Source: Gammaproteobacteria bacterium
GTDB taxonomy: Bacteria > Pseudomonadota > Gammaproteobacteria > Steroidobacterales > Rariloculaceae
DNA: 64,000 nt
Direction of reading: 5' to 3'
Assembly: GCA_039933105.1 (NCBI GenBank)
Contig: JBDTOT010000002.1
Span: forward strand, 26,058-90,057
The position numbers and the translations under genes are program-made. The notes under the pieces were generated by a model. That model made no database searches. It was not told where the DNA came from and saw only the letters and a list, made by a program, of their open reading frames with translations. Shown here piece after piece: positions 29,657 through 39,243 of this stretch. The first letter of the stretch is position 1. The number at the start of each line of letters is the position of its first letter.

Positions 29657-30147
29657 AGGACTGCCCCCCTACGAACTACTTACTCCCCCAAGGCAGCCCT
29701 GAGAGTACAGAACCAGGATTTTCAGTCAAGCATCAGCGATGATCCGGCCGGTGAGACGGTCGTGCGAGCGGGCTGGCGAGTGCCCGGAGTGTATAGCCCG
29801 GGTCCAGATTGGCGCAGAGGCAGGCGCAGCTCGATCGGCAAGAGCAAGTTCGTGCGTCAAGACTCCTGCTAATCAGTTTGGGCGCCTGGCTGATGATAGG
29901 GTGTGGATCCTAATTTCAGGCGTCGTGGTGCAGGCCACGACCTCCTGGGCGCAGTGATTGACTGGACGCGAGAATCTCGCGCCCACTATGCTGGCGGCCC
30001 CCGACAATCACGCCCGGCGACGCGGGTGCTCGAGCGCTCCACCAGCGCTTCGTGTTTAAAGACTTCGTGGTAGGCACATCGGCGATGCGTTTTCTTTCGG
30101 GCGCATCTACGTACGTAGCGATAGAGACTCCGATCGAGGCATTCAAT

Positions 30148-30558
30148 ATGAGCAACCCTACCTGGTACTCGCGGTTCGCGAAAACTGCATCGCAGTTCTG
30201 CGGCCGGCCTAGAACCTTCGCCGTGGCCGTTTTTATCATTGTGGTTTGGGCAATCACCGGACCCCTCTTCAAGTTCAGCGACACCTGGCAGTTGGTGATC
30301 AACACCGGAACGACCATCGTGACGTTCCTGATGGTCTTCCTGATTCAGAACACACAGAACCGCGACACTCAGGCTATTCAGATCAAGCTCGATGAGCTCA
30401 TCCGTTCGACCAAGGGCGCGCACAATGCTCTGCTAGATCTCGAAGAACTCGAGCCGGAGACTATCGAGGCGTTCCGAAACAAGTACGAAGCGCTCGCAAA
30501 GGCGGCAAGAGCACAAGTGAACGGCGGACTCAAAGACACGGGAAGCCCGGAGCCATGA
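30148..30558 (+). CDS. low-affinity iron permease family protein
   Basis: FAKTASQFCGRPRTFAVAVFIIVVWAITGPLF...WQLVINTGTTIVTFLMVFLIQNTQNRDTQAIQIKLDELI. Confidence 0.7.
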   Translation: MSNPTWYSRFAKTASQFCGRPRTFAVAVFIIVVWAITGPLFKFSDTWQLVINTGTTIVTFLMVFLIQNTQNRDTQAIQIKLDELIRSTKGAHNALLDLEELEPETIEAFRNKYEALAKAARAQVNGGLKDTGSPEP

Positions 30559-30860
30559 AACGCCGCCACATTGCATGAGGCCACGACCCTGCGCGAACGT
30601 CTCATTCGACGCTAGTTTCTTTCCGCATCGATTGTGATGCTGGCGATCCTCGTCCTTGGCTTTAGTCCCACTTTGCTTCTTAGACCCTACTTCAACGTTC
30701 CGTCCATGCCGGGTTATCTATTCTGTTGCGCCGTTCATGTTCTTCATACTGTTCAGCATCGCGGCGCCGCTTGTGTATGACCTACTCACTCTCGCCCTCG
30801 CAGGCGATCAAGCCGTACGAGCGGCGATGTTCGGTCTACTTTGATGCGTGAGGCACCGCG

Positions 30861-31064
30861 TTGAACGAAGGGTGGCTTCTGTGGGGATTGCTCTTCGGTT
30901 CCATTGGCACCGGCTTCTTCTTGTATGGAAAGAAACAGAGAGCCGTCGTCCCTCTCGTGTGTGGGCTGGCGCTGATGCTCTTTCCCTATTTCGTTTCCAG
31001 CACACTCTTGCTCGTCGTGATCGGAGTCGTGCTCATCGCCGTCCCCTACTTCGTCAGACTCTGA
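30861..31064 (+). CDS. small membrane protein
   Basis: 67 aa with a TTG start and two hydrophobic helices (WLLWGLLFGSIGTGFFLYGKKQRAVVPLVCGLALMLFPYF). Confidence 0.4.
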   Translation: MNEGWLLWGLLFGSIGTGFFLYGKKQRAVVPLVCGLALMLFPYFVSSTLLLVVIGVVLIAVPYFVRL

Positions 31065-31118
31065 GTTGATGAATACGATCCGCGTCGGTCCGCTTGCTTT
31101 GGAGCCGCAGGCGCCGAG

Positions 31119-31282
31119 GCAAACACACGTTTGAGCCGCTGCATCCAGCTCATCGCCATGTGCTCGGGCAGCGCTCCCTCGACGTCCTCTCTCGGCCGGG
31201 CACCCCGCCCCCGGCCCGCCGGCGTGATCACCGCGCGCAGCGCAGCATGCGGGGCGAAGACTCCGTGGTAACACGTCAGGTG
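31119..31282 (-). mobile_element. IS91-family transposase 3' remnant (copy 1)
   Basis: Encodes HLTCYHGVFAPHAALRAVITPAGRGRGARPREDVEGALPEHMAMSWMQRLKRVFA. It is about 94% identical at nucleotide level to 37974-38138. Confidence 0.75.
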
Positions 31283-31287
31283 CATCC

Positions 31288-31363
31288 GTGGTCCGTTTCG
31301 ATCGCCGGGCGACGTCGGTGCTGGAAGTCGATCTGGAAACATTTGAATCGGGCGTCGTCGCGA
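31288..31363. repeat. patchwork of three short colinear matches to 22263-22723
   Basis: 31288-31314 matches 22263-22289 (26/27). 31315-31333 matches 22427-22445 (19/19). 31345-31363 matches 22705-22723 (18/19). Confidence 0.8.
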
Positions 31364-31405
31364 CGCAGCGTGAGTCTTGAACCAGCGGCAGCGTCGCTCT
31401 TGGCT

Positions 31406-32797
31406 CTACTGGGGCGGCGGCACCGAGATCGTTAGCGTGCCGGTGACCGCGCTCGTCAGCCCTTGCTCCACCGTCACGGCGTTCACTGGCGTGGGCTGAC
31501 CGAGCACCACAGGCGTCGTGGTCGGTCCGCGGAGCCACGTCGCCACCGGCAACGGTACGGGTAGCGCGAGATCGACATCCGGACACTTCATGGTCGTGGT
31601 GTGCTGCGCTTCGTTCGGAATCAGCTCGAGGAGGAAGCGCTTGCGCTCCGCGTCTTCGGGTCGCGCCGTGACTCTGAGGGCACTCGTGAAATTCATGTCG
31701 GCCGAGCAGCCGGTGGCGTTGAAATGTCCGGTGGACGTCATGACGCCGGCACCACGGTACGCGCCATCTTCCTCGGCGATGAGCTTGGTTTCCGGCAGCA
31801 CGAGATGAATGCCGGTGTCGGTCTCAGCGCCATCTTGCTCCAACTCGAGGTCGAGCGTGACGCGTAGCTCGGGCTCGACGATCTTCCAAATGGCGTCGGT
31901 GGCGCCGGCGCGCGAATAGGTCGCGATGTCGAAGCCGTCGCCCTTTTTCGGTGTCGACGACGCGGTGTACGTGAAGACAAGCGGCGCGTCCTCTGCGATT
32001 TGTCCTTCTCGCGGCTCGAGGTGGCCTATCGCCACCAGCGCGCCGGCCTGGAATTTTGCTCCGCCGACCGGTTCGTTGCCTTCTTTTGTTCGGAGCTCGG
32101 TGCGGACCTTCACGGATCCGTTCGGCCCGAGCGTGCGCGTCGCGCTTGGGGGGTCGAACGAGAAATCCACGCACTCGTGCGGTTTCGTCCACACGAGCAC
32201 CGCGTCGAGGTAGATCGGGCTCACCAGCGCAATCGCGGCGGCCACGGTAAGGTCAGAGGTGATCTCGACCGAGCGCAGCATCCCCGCGATGTCGAGCGCA
32301 CCGCCTTCGCCGAGCGTGAAAGTGGTGCGAACGTGTTGTTGCTCGCGTGGCGCTCCGTCGCGCTCGCGCGTGAAATCCCCCTCGAGATCAATGTGGTCGA
32401 CCATCGAGTCGTCCCGCACATGCCCCTCGAGCGTCGCGATTAAACGATTGACGTAGTGGGTGCGTTTCGTCTCGCCGTCGTCGGTGTCGACGGCATCGGC
32501 CGTCATTGAATACTCGAAGGAGCCGGTCGCGACGCCTTGCGCCGTCGGGCACTTCCGGACGAAGCCGCCGACTGTCATGACGAACGTCAGCGAATTGCCG
32601 TCCGTCTCCGGCGTGTTGCCGACGCGCATTTCGCGATCCGTCGTTTTGCGCCCCACGTATCCCGCGGGCGCGTTCGTCACGGTCTGGCTCCTCGAGACCT
32701 CGTAGCCGGCTTGCGCGCGCGCCGCGAAGCCGTACGTGGCAGCGGTTGCCGCGAGTACCAGCGCTGCGATGGAGCCGATAGGCTTAGTGGTGTCCAT
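31406..32797 (-). CDS. secreted protein of unknown function (463 aa)
   Basis: Start MDTTKPIGSIAALVLAATAATYGFAARAQA is a signal peptide. I recognise no known motif. Its 3' end is duplicated at 15491-15757. Confidence 0.6.
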   Translation of the reverse strand: MDTTKPIGSIAALVLAATAATYGFAARAQAGYEVSRSQTVTNAPAGYVGRKTTDREMRVGNTPETDGNSLTFVMTVGGFVRKCPTAQGVATGSFEYSMTADAVDTDDGETKRTHYVNRLIATLEGHVRDDSMVDHIDLEGDFTRERDGAPREQQHVRTTFTLGEGGALDIAGMLRSVEITSDLTVAAAIALVSPIYLDAVLVWTKPHECVDFSFDPPSATRTLGPNGSVKVRTELRTKEGNEPVGGAKFQAGALVAIGHLEPREGQIAEDAPLVFTYTASSTPKKGDGFDIATYSRAGATDAIWKIVEPELRVTLDLELEQDGAETDTGIHLVLPETKLIAEEDGAYRGAGVMTSTGHFNATGCSADMNFTSALRVTARPEDAERKRFLLELIPNEAQHTTTMKCPDVDLALPVPLPVATWLRGPTTTPVVLGQPTPVNAVTVEQGLTSAVTGTLTISVPPPQ

Positions 32798-33135
32798 TGA
32801 TCGTTTGCCTCGAGTCAGCGGGCCGGTTGTAGTTCGAAGCGAGATGACCGGCTGGTCCGCCCGACCGCGACGAGCCGCAATCGTAGCATCCGAGGTGTCG
32901 GCAACCGCAGCGGTGGCTACTCGCCGTGCACGATCACGAGCTGCATCGCAATTTCCGCGCGCTTCGCCGGAAAACTCCGCCTCACCGCATCGCTGCGCGC
33001 AGCCCACGCCGCCCGAACACCGCGGCAACTCGGTTACCGCGTTGCGCCGACATAGTCCGCGCATCTCGACGCTCGTGTCGCAAGTGGTTCCGACCTACTA
33101 TCCGGCGATACGAATCAGCAGAGAGTTTTCGCCCA

Positions 33136-34134
33136 ATGCGCGCCAGCGACTTCTCGCCTCCACACCGCCGACCCTTTCCCGGTTGGCTTAAGTACGCGTC
33201 GTACGCGGCGCTCTATGGCATCGGCGTGCCGCTCGTGAAAACGCTCGAAGCCTTCGGCAAATGGCCGAGCACGGGCCTGGCCAAGAGCATTCGGTCGAGG
33301 ACCGCGCACGCCTTCGGCGACTACCGACCCACGCGGAACGACGTCATCGTCTGCGCGTTCTTCAAGTCCGGGACCACGTGGCTACTGCAAATGGCGACAC
33401 AGATCGCATACCGCGCGCAGGCAGAGTTCGACAACATTCATCACGCGGTCCCATGGCCGGACGTGCCGATGCCGCCGATGGCGCGGCTCATGATTCCGCT
33501 CACCGATCCGTCACCGGCTGCGAACTCGCCAACGGGGTTGAGAGTCATCAAAACTCACTTGCCGCGCTCGAGCATTCCGTTCGTGCCGGAAACGCGCTAC
33601 ATCGCGTGCGTGCGTGACCCCAAGGACGTTTGCGTCTCGGGATACCACTTCATGAACGCGCTCGTTTACGGACCGCTCGCACCCTCGGTCGAGCACTGGG
33701 TGAAGTTCATGTTCTCAGAAGCGTTCCAATACTCGTGGGCGGAGCACTTGGCCGGCTACTGGGCCGCACGCAACGAACCCAACGTACTGTTCCTCACCTA
33801 TGAAGGCATGCGTAAGGATCATGCTGGCGCGGTGCGCAAAATCGCCGACTTCATGGACGTGGACCTCAGCCCCGCGGAGCTACAGTCCGTAATTCACCAA
33901 TCTAGCTTCGCCGCGATGCGCGACGCGGACGGCAGGTTCGAACCCGGTCGGATTCTGCCGTGGACGCGCGAGCGCGTAATGATACGCGCCGGCAAGAGCG
34001 GTCAGTCGAGCGAGCTGCTCACGCTCGAGCAACGGCGGTTCATCGACGAGCGGTGCCGCGCCGAACTCGTGCGTCTCGGCTCCGACTTCCCGTATGACGA
34101 GGTTTTCGGCACGGCCGCGGAAAAGGCGATCTGA
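33136..34134 (+). CDS. sulfotransferase family protein
   Basis: PAPS 5'-phosphosulfate-binding-loop-like FFKSGTTWLLQM, plus KTHLP and RDPKDVCVS motifs of the cytosolic-type sulfotransferase fold. Confidence 0.75.
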   Translation: MRASDFSPPHRRPFPGWLKYASYAALYGIGVPLVKTLEAFGKWPSTGLAKSIRSRTAHAFGDYRPTRNDVIVCAFFKSGTTWLLQMATQIAYRAQAEFDNIHHAVPWPDVPMPPMARLMIPLTDPSPAANSPTGLRVIKTHLPRSSIPFVPETRYIACVRDPKDVCVSGYHFMNALVYGPLAPSVEHWVKFMFSEAFQYSWAEHLAGYWAARNEPNVLFLTYEGMRKDHAGAVRKIADFMDVDLSPAELQSVIHQSSFAAMRDADGRFEPGRILPWTRERVMIRAGKSGQSSELLTLEQRRFIDERCRAELVRLGSDFPYDEVFGTAAEKAI

Positions 34135-34275
34135 GGCGGCGAGCGCGAGGGCGGCGGACGAGGCCAGGCTCGTGATGATCGAGCGACGCGTTGTGAATCG
34201 CTTGTTCATGCTGCTGCGACGGATTCAGCGAACGCCGGCCGGAGCCCGCCGCGTGGAGGCGCACGATCGCTTAGC

Positions 34276-35640
34276 TCAACCGGCGGCTCGCGTTGCGGGT
34301 CCGTTGCGGCACACCATCCAGTCGAGCGTGTTCCAGCGCGCGCTCGCGATCGTGCGATAGATCAGGGCGAGCGCGGCGAGCGCGACTTCGAGCTCGATTA
34401 CGTTGATCCGGTCAAGTGTCTCGCCGATGAGCGAGCCCGACGGGGTCCCGCCGATGGTTACGGCCGTCCACATCAGCAGCCCCATCGTCACGACGCCGAG
34501 CGCGCCTTCGAACCAGCGGAGTCCCCGCGTCATCATGAGGCCGAGGTACAGGCTCGCGACGCTGCCGAGTGCAAGCAACGGCACACCGAATGCGAGTCGC
34601 GCCGTCGAAATCTCGAGGTACGAGCCGATCGCGACATAGAGCAGCAACAATACGCCGAGCGGATACGCGTTGTAGCGCCAGTACGCGGTTTCGACGCGGC
34701 GGAACAGCTCCGCGCGCGTCCACGCGTTGCGCAGCCACAGCACGCGGCTGCGCGCGGCCGCGGTGCTCGTGATCGCGCCCCCGATGGCGCTGAACAGCGT
34801 CAGGAAGAACAGCCACACCGTGTGCTGACGGAACAGCCATGCCGCTACGACGACGGGTATCGCCTGGCCGAGCGCCACGAGCCAGGGCTGGTTCGTGCCG
34901 AGCAGCAGCGGAAACTCCGTGCCCGAGGCGTACGCGGCGCGCGGCAGAACGCGCCGCGCGAGCCGCGCGAAACCGGCCAACGGGCGCGCGAGTCTTTGCT
35001 TCAGGCGGCCGCCGAAGAGCAAGAGCAGAGCGAACGCGACCCAACCGCCGATGCCCACCCATACGATAGCGGGCACGCCCGATGGCAGGCCGATCAGGGA
35101 GAGAGGCGTGAGGATGCCGAATGCGATCAGCAGCGAGCCGATCAAGAGCCAGATACCGCGCGCCTTGCCCACGATCCACAACGCTACGTACATCAGGCTC
35201 ACGTCACTGAATACCACGAGCAACGCGCGCGAGAAGATGCGTTCGGGTTTGATTTCGTTTGGGTAGTAGTAGAACGCGAACACGCCCGTCAGTGCGGTCA
35301 GCACGGCGATGAATCCCGCTGTCGCGACGGCGCTTATGAGCAACGCGACGCGCGCGCGCGGGAGGATCAGGACCATGCGCCCGAACGCGACGCGTTCGAT
35401 GATGACTGGCAGCAATGAGCTCGCGAAGAACAGGAGGATCAGGCCGAGCCAGGGTGCTACCAGCACGACGCTTTGCAGCCAAAGTGGGCTGCTGCGCATG
35501 CCGGTACCGAGCGTCCACGGTGGATAGTAGAGATAGCCGACCATGCCAGCGCCCGACAGCACGAGCCCCGGCACGACGAGCCCACGCATCAACCGCGTGG
35601 CCGTGAAGTAGGTCCAGATCAGCCGCAGCACCGCCTTCAT
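34276..35640 (-). CDS. polytopic membrane protein (putative permease partner of the ABC ATPase)
   Basis: 454 aa from MKAVLRLIW with about 12 hydrophobic segments. ATGA overlap with the upstream ATPase stop. Confidence 0.6.
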   Translation of the reverse strand: MKAVLRLIWTYFTATRLMRGLVVPGLVLSGAGMVGYLYYPPWTLGTGMRSSPLWLQSVVLVAPWLGLILLFFASSLLPVIIERVAFGRMVLILPRARVALLISAVATAGFIAVLTALTGVFAFYYYPNEIKPERIFSRALLVVFSDVSLMYVALWIVGKARGIWLLIGSLLIAFGILTPLSLIGLPSGVPAIVWVGIGGWVAFALLLLFGGRLKQRLARPLAGFARLARRVLPRAAYASGTEFPLLLGTNQPWLVALGQAIPVVVAAWLFRQHTVWLFFLTLFSAIGGAITSTAAARSRVLWLRNAWTRAELFRRVETAYWRYNAYPLGVLLLLYVAIGSYLEISTARLAFGVPLLALGSVASLYLGLMMTRGLRWFEGALGVVTMGLLMWTAVTIGGTPSGSLIGETLDRINVIELEVALAALALIYRTIASARWNTLDWMVCRNGPATRAAG

Positions 35641-36515
35641 CGGTGCATCGCCAGGAAGATGTCTTCGAGCGTGAGCCCCTCGACCTCGATCTCTGCGCCC
35701 GTGATCGCCGTGATCTGCGCTTCGAGCTCGGCGCTCCACCCGTGCACGATCGCCGTCGCGTGATTGTGCGTGAAGTCGACGGCTAGCGCGTTCGGAATCT
35801 GCACTTGGCTATGCAGCGGCTGTGTCCCGCGCAGATGCAAGCGCACGATCGACTCGCGCAGGTCGTCAAAGTCACCCTGCCAGTGCAGTCGGCCGTCCTT
35901 GAGTATCCAGATCCGGTTCGCGAGCCGTTCGATATCGGCGACAATGTGCGACGAGAACACGACGGAACGATTGCCGTCGGCCACGATCTCGACGATCTGC
36001 TCGAGAAACTGTCGGCGCGCCAACGGATCGAGGCTCGCGACGGGCTCATCAAGCAGCAGTAGGTCGGGGCGATGGCCGAGTGCGAGCAGGATCGACAACT
36101 TCTGGCGCTGGCCTACGGACATGTTCTTCACGCGTTCGCCAAGGTCGATGTCCCAGACGGCCACGAGTCGCGCGATCAGGGCGTCGTCCCAGGTCTTATA
36201 GAACGAGCGGATCAGCTTCAGCTGATGACCGGCCGTCAACTGGTTCACGAGCTCGTCTTGTTGCGGCACGAAGCCGACGCGCGCTTTCACCGCACCCGGC
36301 AGCCGGTAGCTCTCGTGGCCGAAGACCTCGACGCGGCCTTCGCTCGCCGGCGTGAAACCGAGCACGAGCTCGAGCAGCGTCGTCTTGCCGGCGCCGTTCT
36401 TGCCGAGCACGCCGATGACGTCACCGGCCTGCACCTCGAACGACACGCCGCTCAGCACGGGTTTGTCGTCAAACGCCTTTGTGAGGTCGCGCGCGACCAC
36501 GTACGGTTGCTGCAT
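35637..36515 (-). CDS. ABC transporter ATP-binding protein
   Basis: Walker A GKNGAGKTT, signature MSVGQRQKL and Walker B LLLLDEP. Confidence 0.9.
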   Translation of the reverse strand: MQQPYVVARDLTKAFDDKPVLSGVSFEVQAGDVIGVLGKNGAGKTTLLELVLGFTPASEGRVEVFGHESYRLPGAVKARVGFVPQQDELVNQLTAGHQLKLIRSFYKTWDDALIARLVAVWDIDLGERVKNMSVGQRQKLSILLALGHRPDLLLLDEPVASLDPLARRQFLEQIVEIVADGNRSVVFSSHIVADIERLANRIWILKDGRLHWQGDFDDLRESIVRLHLRGTQPLHSQVQIPNALAVDFTHNHATAIVHGWSAELEAQITAITGAEIEVEGLTLEDIFLAMHR

Positions 36516-36888
36516 CGCTCGTCTCCCATTTCTTTCGTAGTGCTTCGATCACGGCGTCGGCGTCGAGCTCGAGCTGGCGCGCCGCCAGCACGAGGTGCTC
36601 GAGTGGGGCATCGAGCGCGGCGAGCCGCGCCGAGTGGGGCGCCTGAGCACGGCGCTGTGCCGCGACCGTCATGGGTTTACCGCGATTGCGCTCGAGCACG
36701 CCCTCGGCTTCGAGCCGCGTGTACACCTTCGACACCGTCATCGGATTGATCGTGTGCGCGAGGGCCAGCTCGCGAATCGACGGCAACGCCGTGCCGGGCG
36801 CGAGCTGGCCGCTCGCGACCAGGCGGCGAATCTGCTCGTCTAATTGCCGATGCAGCGGCACGCCGGAGTGCGGCTTCAGTACGAACAT
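36469..36888 (-). CDS. GntR family (YtrA-like) transcriptional regulator
   Basis: MFVLKPHSGVPLHRQLDEQIRRLVASGQLAPGTALPSIRELALAHTINPMTVSKVYTRLEAEGVL, with a short C-terminal region. Confidence 0.8.
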   Translation of the reverse strand: MFVLKPHSGVPLHRQLDEQIRRLVASGQLAPGTALPSIRELALAHTINPMTVSKVYTRLEAEGVLERNRGKPMTVAAQRRAQAPHSARLAALDAPLEHLVLAARQLELDADAVIEALRKKWETSDAATVRGRARPHKGV

Positions 36889-37288
36889 GGCGGCTTCGAT
36901 GTACCATAGTGCATTAGTGCAGTAAGGCACATGGGTCGAAGGAAGTCAACGACGGAGTCAGCGGAGCAGGGAAGTTAGTGCCCGGTGCGGGCGTCGGCGC
37001 TGCGGCAGTCGAGGCACGGCTCTGCGGCCGGTGGCGCGGGGAGATCACCTGACGCACAGGCGTGCGAACGCCTAAGCGTAGGCAACGGCTGCAGAGCAGC
37101 AGGTCCGAGAGGTAGGTCAGGAACTTTCGATCGACGTTCGCCGCTGGCTGCACAGCACACTCGCCGTGAGCGTGACCGCCAAAGAGTAGGCGGCCACGGC
37201 GACGGCGTTCTGTGGTGCAGCGCTCAGTTCATGAGCGGTGCGACTTGGGGCAGGCACGCCGTGTAGCGTCGTTCTCGCCGCGAATACG

Positions 37289-37608
37289 TTAGGTGGCGGT
37301 GCCGACGATCTTGTCGCGCTGCGCGGTCAGATTGGTGTTCGTGAACTTCGAGACGTCGGCGCGCGCCCGGCCTGGTGGATAGCGGCCGCCGCATCGAACG
37401 CCTTCGGATCCGCAATCCAGATCGTGATCGTTGCTACGAACGGCGGCGCAGCGCCATCGGCGCCCGGTTGGCCGCAGCGCAGTTCGAAGCGGCTGATCGA
37501 CTTGCCGTACAACTTCATGGTCAGTGGCATGTGCTTGTTGACGTAGTAGTCGAAGTCAAAGCGCGCGTCGGGCGAGCGGATAATACGGATAAACGCCGTT
37601 TTGTTCAG
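37289..37608 (-). pseudogene. EthD-family gene remnant (no start codon, frameshift)
   Basis: ...ARFDFDYYVNKHMPLTMKLYGKSISRFELRCG...PPFVATITIWIADPKAFDAAAAIH then shifts frame to RADVSKFTNTNLTAQRDKIVGTAT*. Confidence 0.65.
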
Positions 37609-37804
37609 CGCCCCTTCGCCGGTCGCACGGCCACCGCGGCTGCCCGAGAGCGAACACCTCGTGCCCGGTGTCAGCGCCCGCCGTCGCCGCGTTGCGATTT
37701 CTGCGCGCTTCACCCAGAAACTCCTCCCCCACGAATCGCCGCCCGCAACCGCCACCGCCCACGGGGGCGTCGATACGCCCGCGGGGTCGGGAAAAATGAG
37801 CTGA

Positions 37805-38138
37805 TCAGAGCAGCGACGACGGCGGAGTGCGCGCACCCAGGGACAGGCGGGGCAGATCGTCTCCCTCCCGCTGCCTCGCGTGCGCGAGAATCCGCTCGAT
37901 CAGCGCCGGGTCTTCGATGCTCGCGATGACCTCGAGCTGCCCACCGCAACGCCGACAGCGCTCGATCTCAATAGCAAACACACGTTTGAGCCGCTGCATC
38001 CAGCTCATCGCCACGTGCTTGGGCAGCGCTCCCTCGACGTCCTCTATCGGCCGGGCACCCCGCCCTTCGGCCCGCCGGCGTGATCACTGCGCGCAGCGCC
38101 GCATGCGGGGCGAAGACTCCGTGGTAACGCGTCAGGTG
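37805..38138 (-). mobile_element. IS91-family transposase 3' remnant (copy 2, longer, frameshifted)
   Basis: HLTRYHGVFAPHAALRAVITPAG..., then after a frameshift, AMSWMQRLKRVFAIEIERCRRCGGQLEVIASIEDPALIERILAHARQ...*. Nothing of the transposase lies upstream of HLTRYHG. Confidence 0.8.
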
Positions 38139-38327
38139 ACGCTCGCGAACATGCTGATGAGCGCCGTGTAATTGCTTTTGGCCCCGTTGTTCGCGTCGAC
38201 CTCCATGGAACAGCTATTTCCGCCGTTGTGTCAGGTGCCTGACACTTTGCGTGCGGCGACGGGTGTAGCATCGATCGCGCCTCGTCAGAGGCGTCTGTCA
38301 CCACGCTGAAAAATTTTGGGGGAAAGA

Positions 38328-38891
38328 ATGAAGACGAGTAGAAACGTCACTGTCCTAGTTCTTGGCATCGCAGCCGCCCTGACTCTGGGGGCGACTTCGG
38401 CCATCGCCGAAGACTCGAGATCACAGCCGGCAAACTGGGATTTCTTCGGCGGCCACGGCCACCACGATCCGAAGGCGTGCGCGCATGGAGCGCAACTCGA
38501 ACGCAACGCGCGAACCGCCATCAACTACTACACGCTGGCCTTCAACGCGGGTAAGCCGCAGTTGGCCGTCGATAAGTACGTGGGTGTCGACCAGAACGGC
38601 AAGAAGACGTATACGCAGCACAACCCGTTCGCGGCTGATGGACCCGAGGCGTTCGTCGCGTTCGTGGTGTTCTACAAGGGACTGTTCCCGGATCTGAACG
38701 TCGACATCAAGCGCACGATCGCACAGTGCGACCTCGTGATGACGCATGCTCACATCACGACGGGACCCAACGACCTGGGCAACGCGGCGATGGATATTTT
38801 CCGGTTCGACCGCACCGGCCGCATCGTCGAGCATTGGGATGCCGTGCAGCCCGTCGAAGCGACGTCCGCGAACAGCAACACGCAGTTCTAA
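38328..38891 (+). CDS. secreted NTF2-like (SnoaL-type) protein
   Basis: Signal peptide MKTSRNVTVLVLGIAAALTLGATSAIA. NARTAINYYTLAFNAGKPQLAVDKYVG...YTQHNP...MDIFRFDRTGRIVEHWD. Confidence 0.6.
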   Translation: MKTSRNVTVLVLGIAAALTLGATSAIAEDSRSQPANWDFFGGHGHHDPKACAHGAQLERNARTAINYYTLAFNAGKPQLAVDKYVGVDQNGKKTYTQHNPFAADGPEAFVAFVVFYKGLFPDLNVDIKRTIAQCDLVMTHAHITTGPNDLGNAAMDIFRFDRTGRIVEHWDAVQPVEATSANSNTQF

Positions 38892-39211
38892 GGGCGGCGA
38901 CCGGGGCCCCTGCGCCCGAATCGCAACCACTCCGGTCGCGATGAAGGCCACGAGCACCACGACCTGAGCGATCAGGAACGGTGGCTCCGTCTGCGTGGGC
39001 GCGAGGGCGTTCACAGCCGGAATCTTTTGGAACGACTGGATGGTTGATGGATGTGCCGGGACTACGTCGCAGCGCAGATACGGCAGTGTCGCGATTCTCG
39101 ACAGACAAGTCGGATTCGAGGACACAATGCAGGGGAGCGAGCCGAACAGCGCGAAATGGTAGTGCGTGAAGCGTCGCACACGGCATCGCTTCGCTTACAA
39201 TCGGCGCGCGC

Positions 39212-39243
39212 TCCCCGCACCCCTTCCTGACAAGGAGTCAGCG
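39212..39243. repeat. 32-bp direct repeat, right copy (pairs with 9810-9841)
   Basis: tccccgcaccccttcctgacaaggagtcagcg sits immediately before, and includes the RBS of, the 39244 gene. Confidence 0.85.

Noticed and set aside
29657-29960. Possible cobalamin or other riboswitch in the long leader of the TonB-dependent receptor. There is also a 7-bp hairpin at about 29922-29941 (gtcgtgg / ccacgac).
   Set aside because: I could not find a B12-box or any other conserved riboswitch core on either strand by eye. This remains untested without a covariance-model search.
36952-36964. A third occurrence of the 13-mer acggagtcagcgg, the core of the 32-bp repeat, upstream of the GntR operon.
   Set aside because: Only 13 nt match and the flanks diverge. 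It may be a real third fragment, but the evidence is too thin to build on. A genome-wide count of the motif is needed.
38892-39211. Minus-strand ORF starting at 39179 (MRRFTHYHFALFGSLPCIVSS...FLIAQVVVLVAFIATGVVAI) in the last 320 bp of the block.
   Set aside because: It has no stop before running antisense through the NTF2-like gene, and I recognise no family. It could be another membrane-protein remnant, but I cannot support a call.
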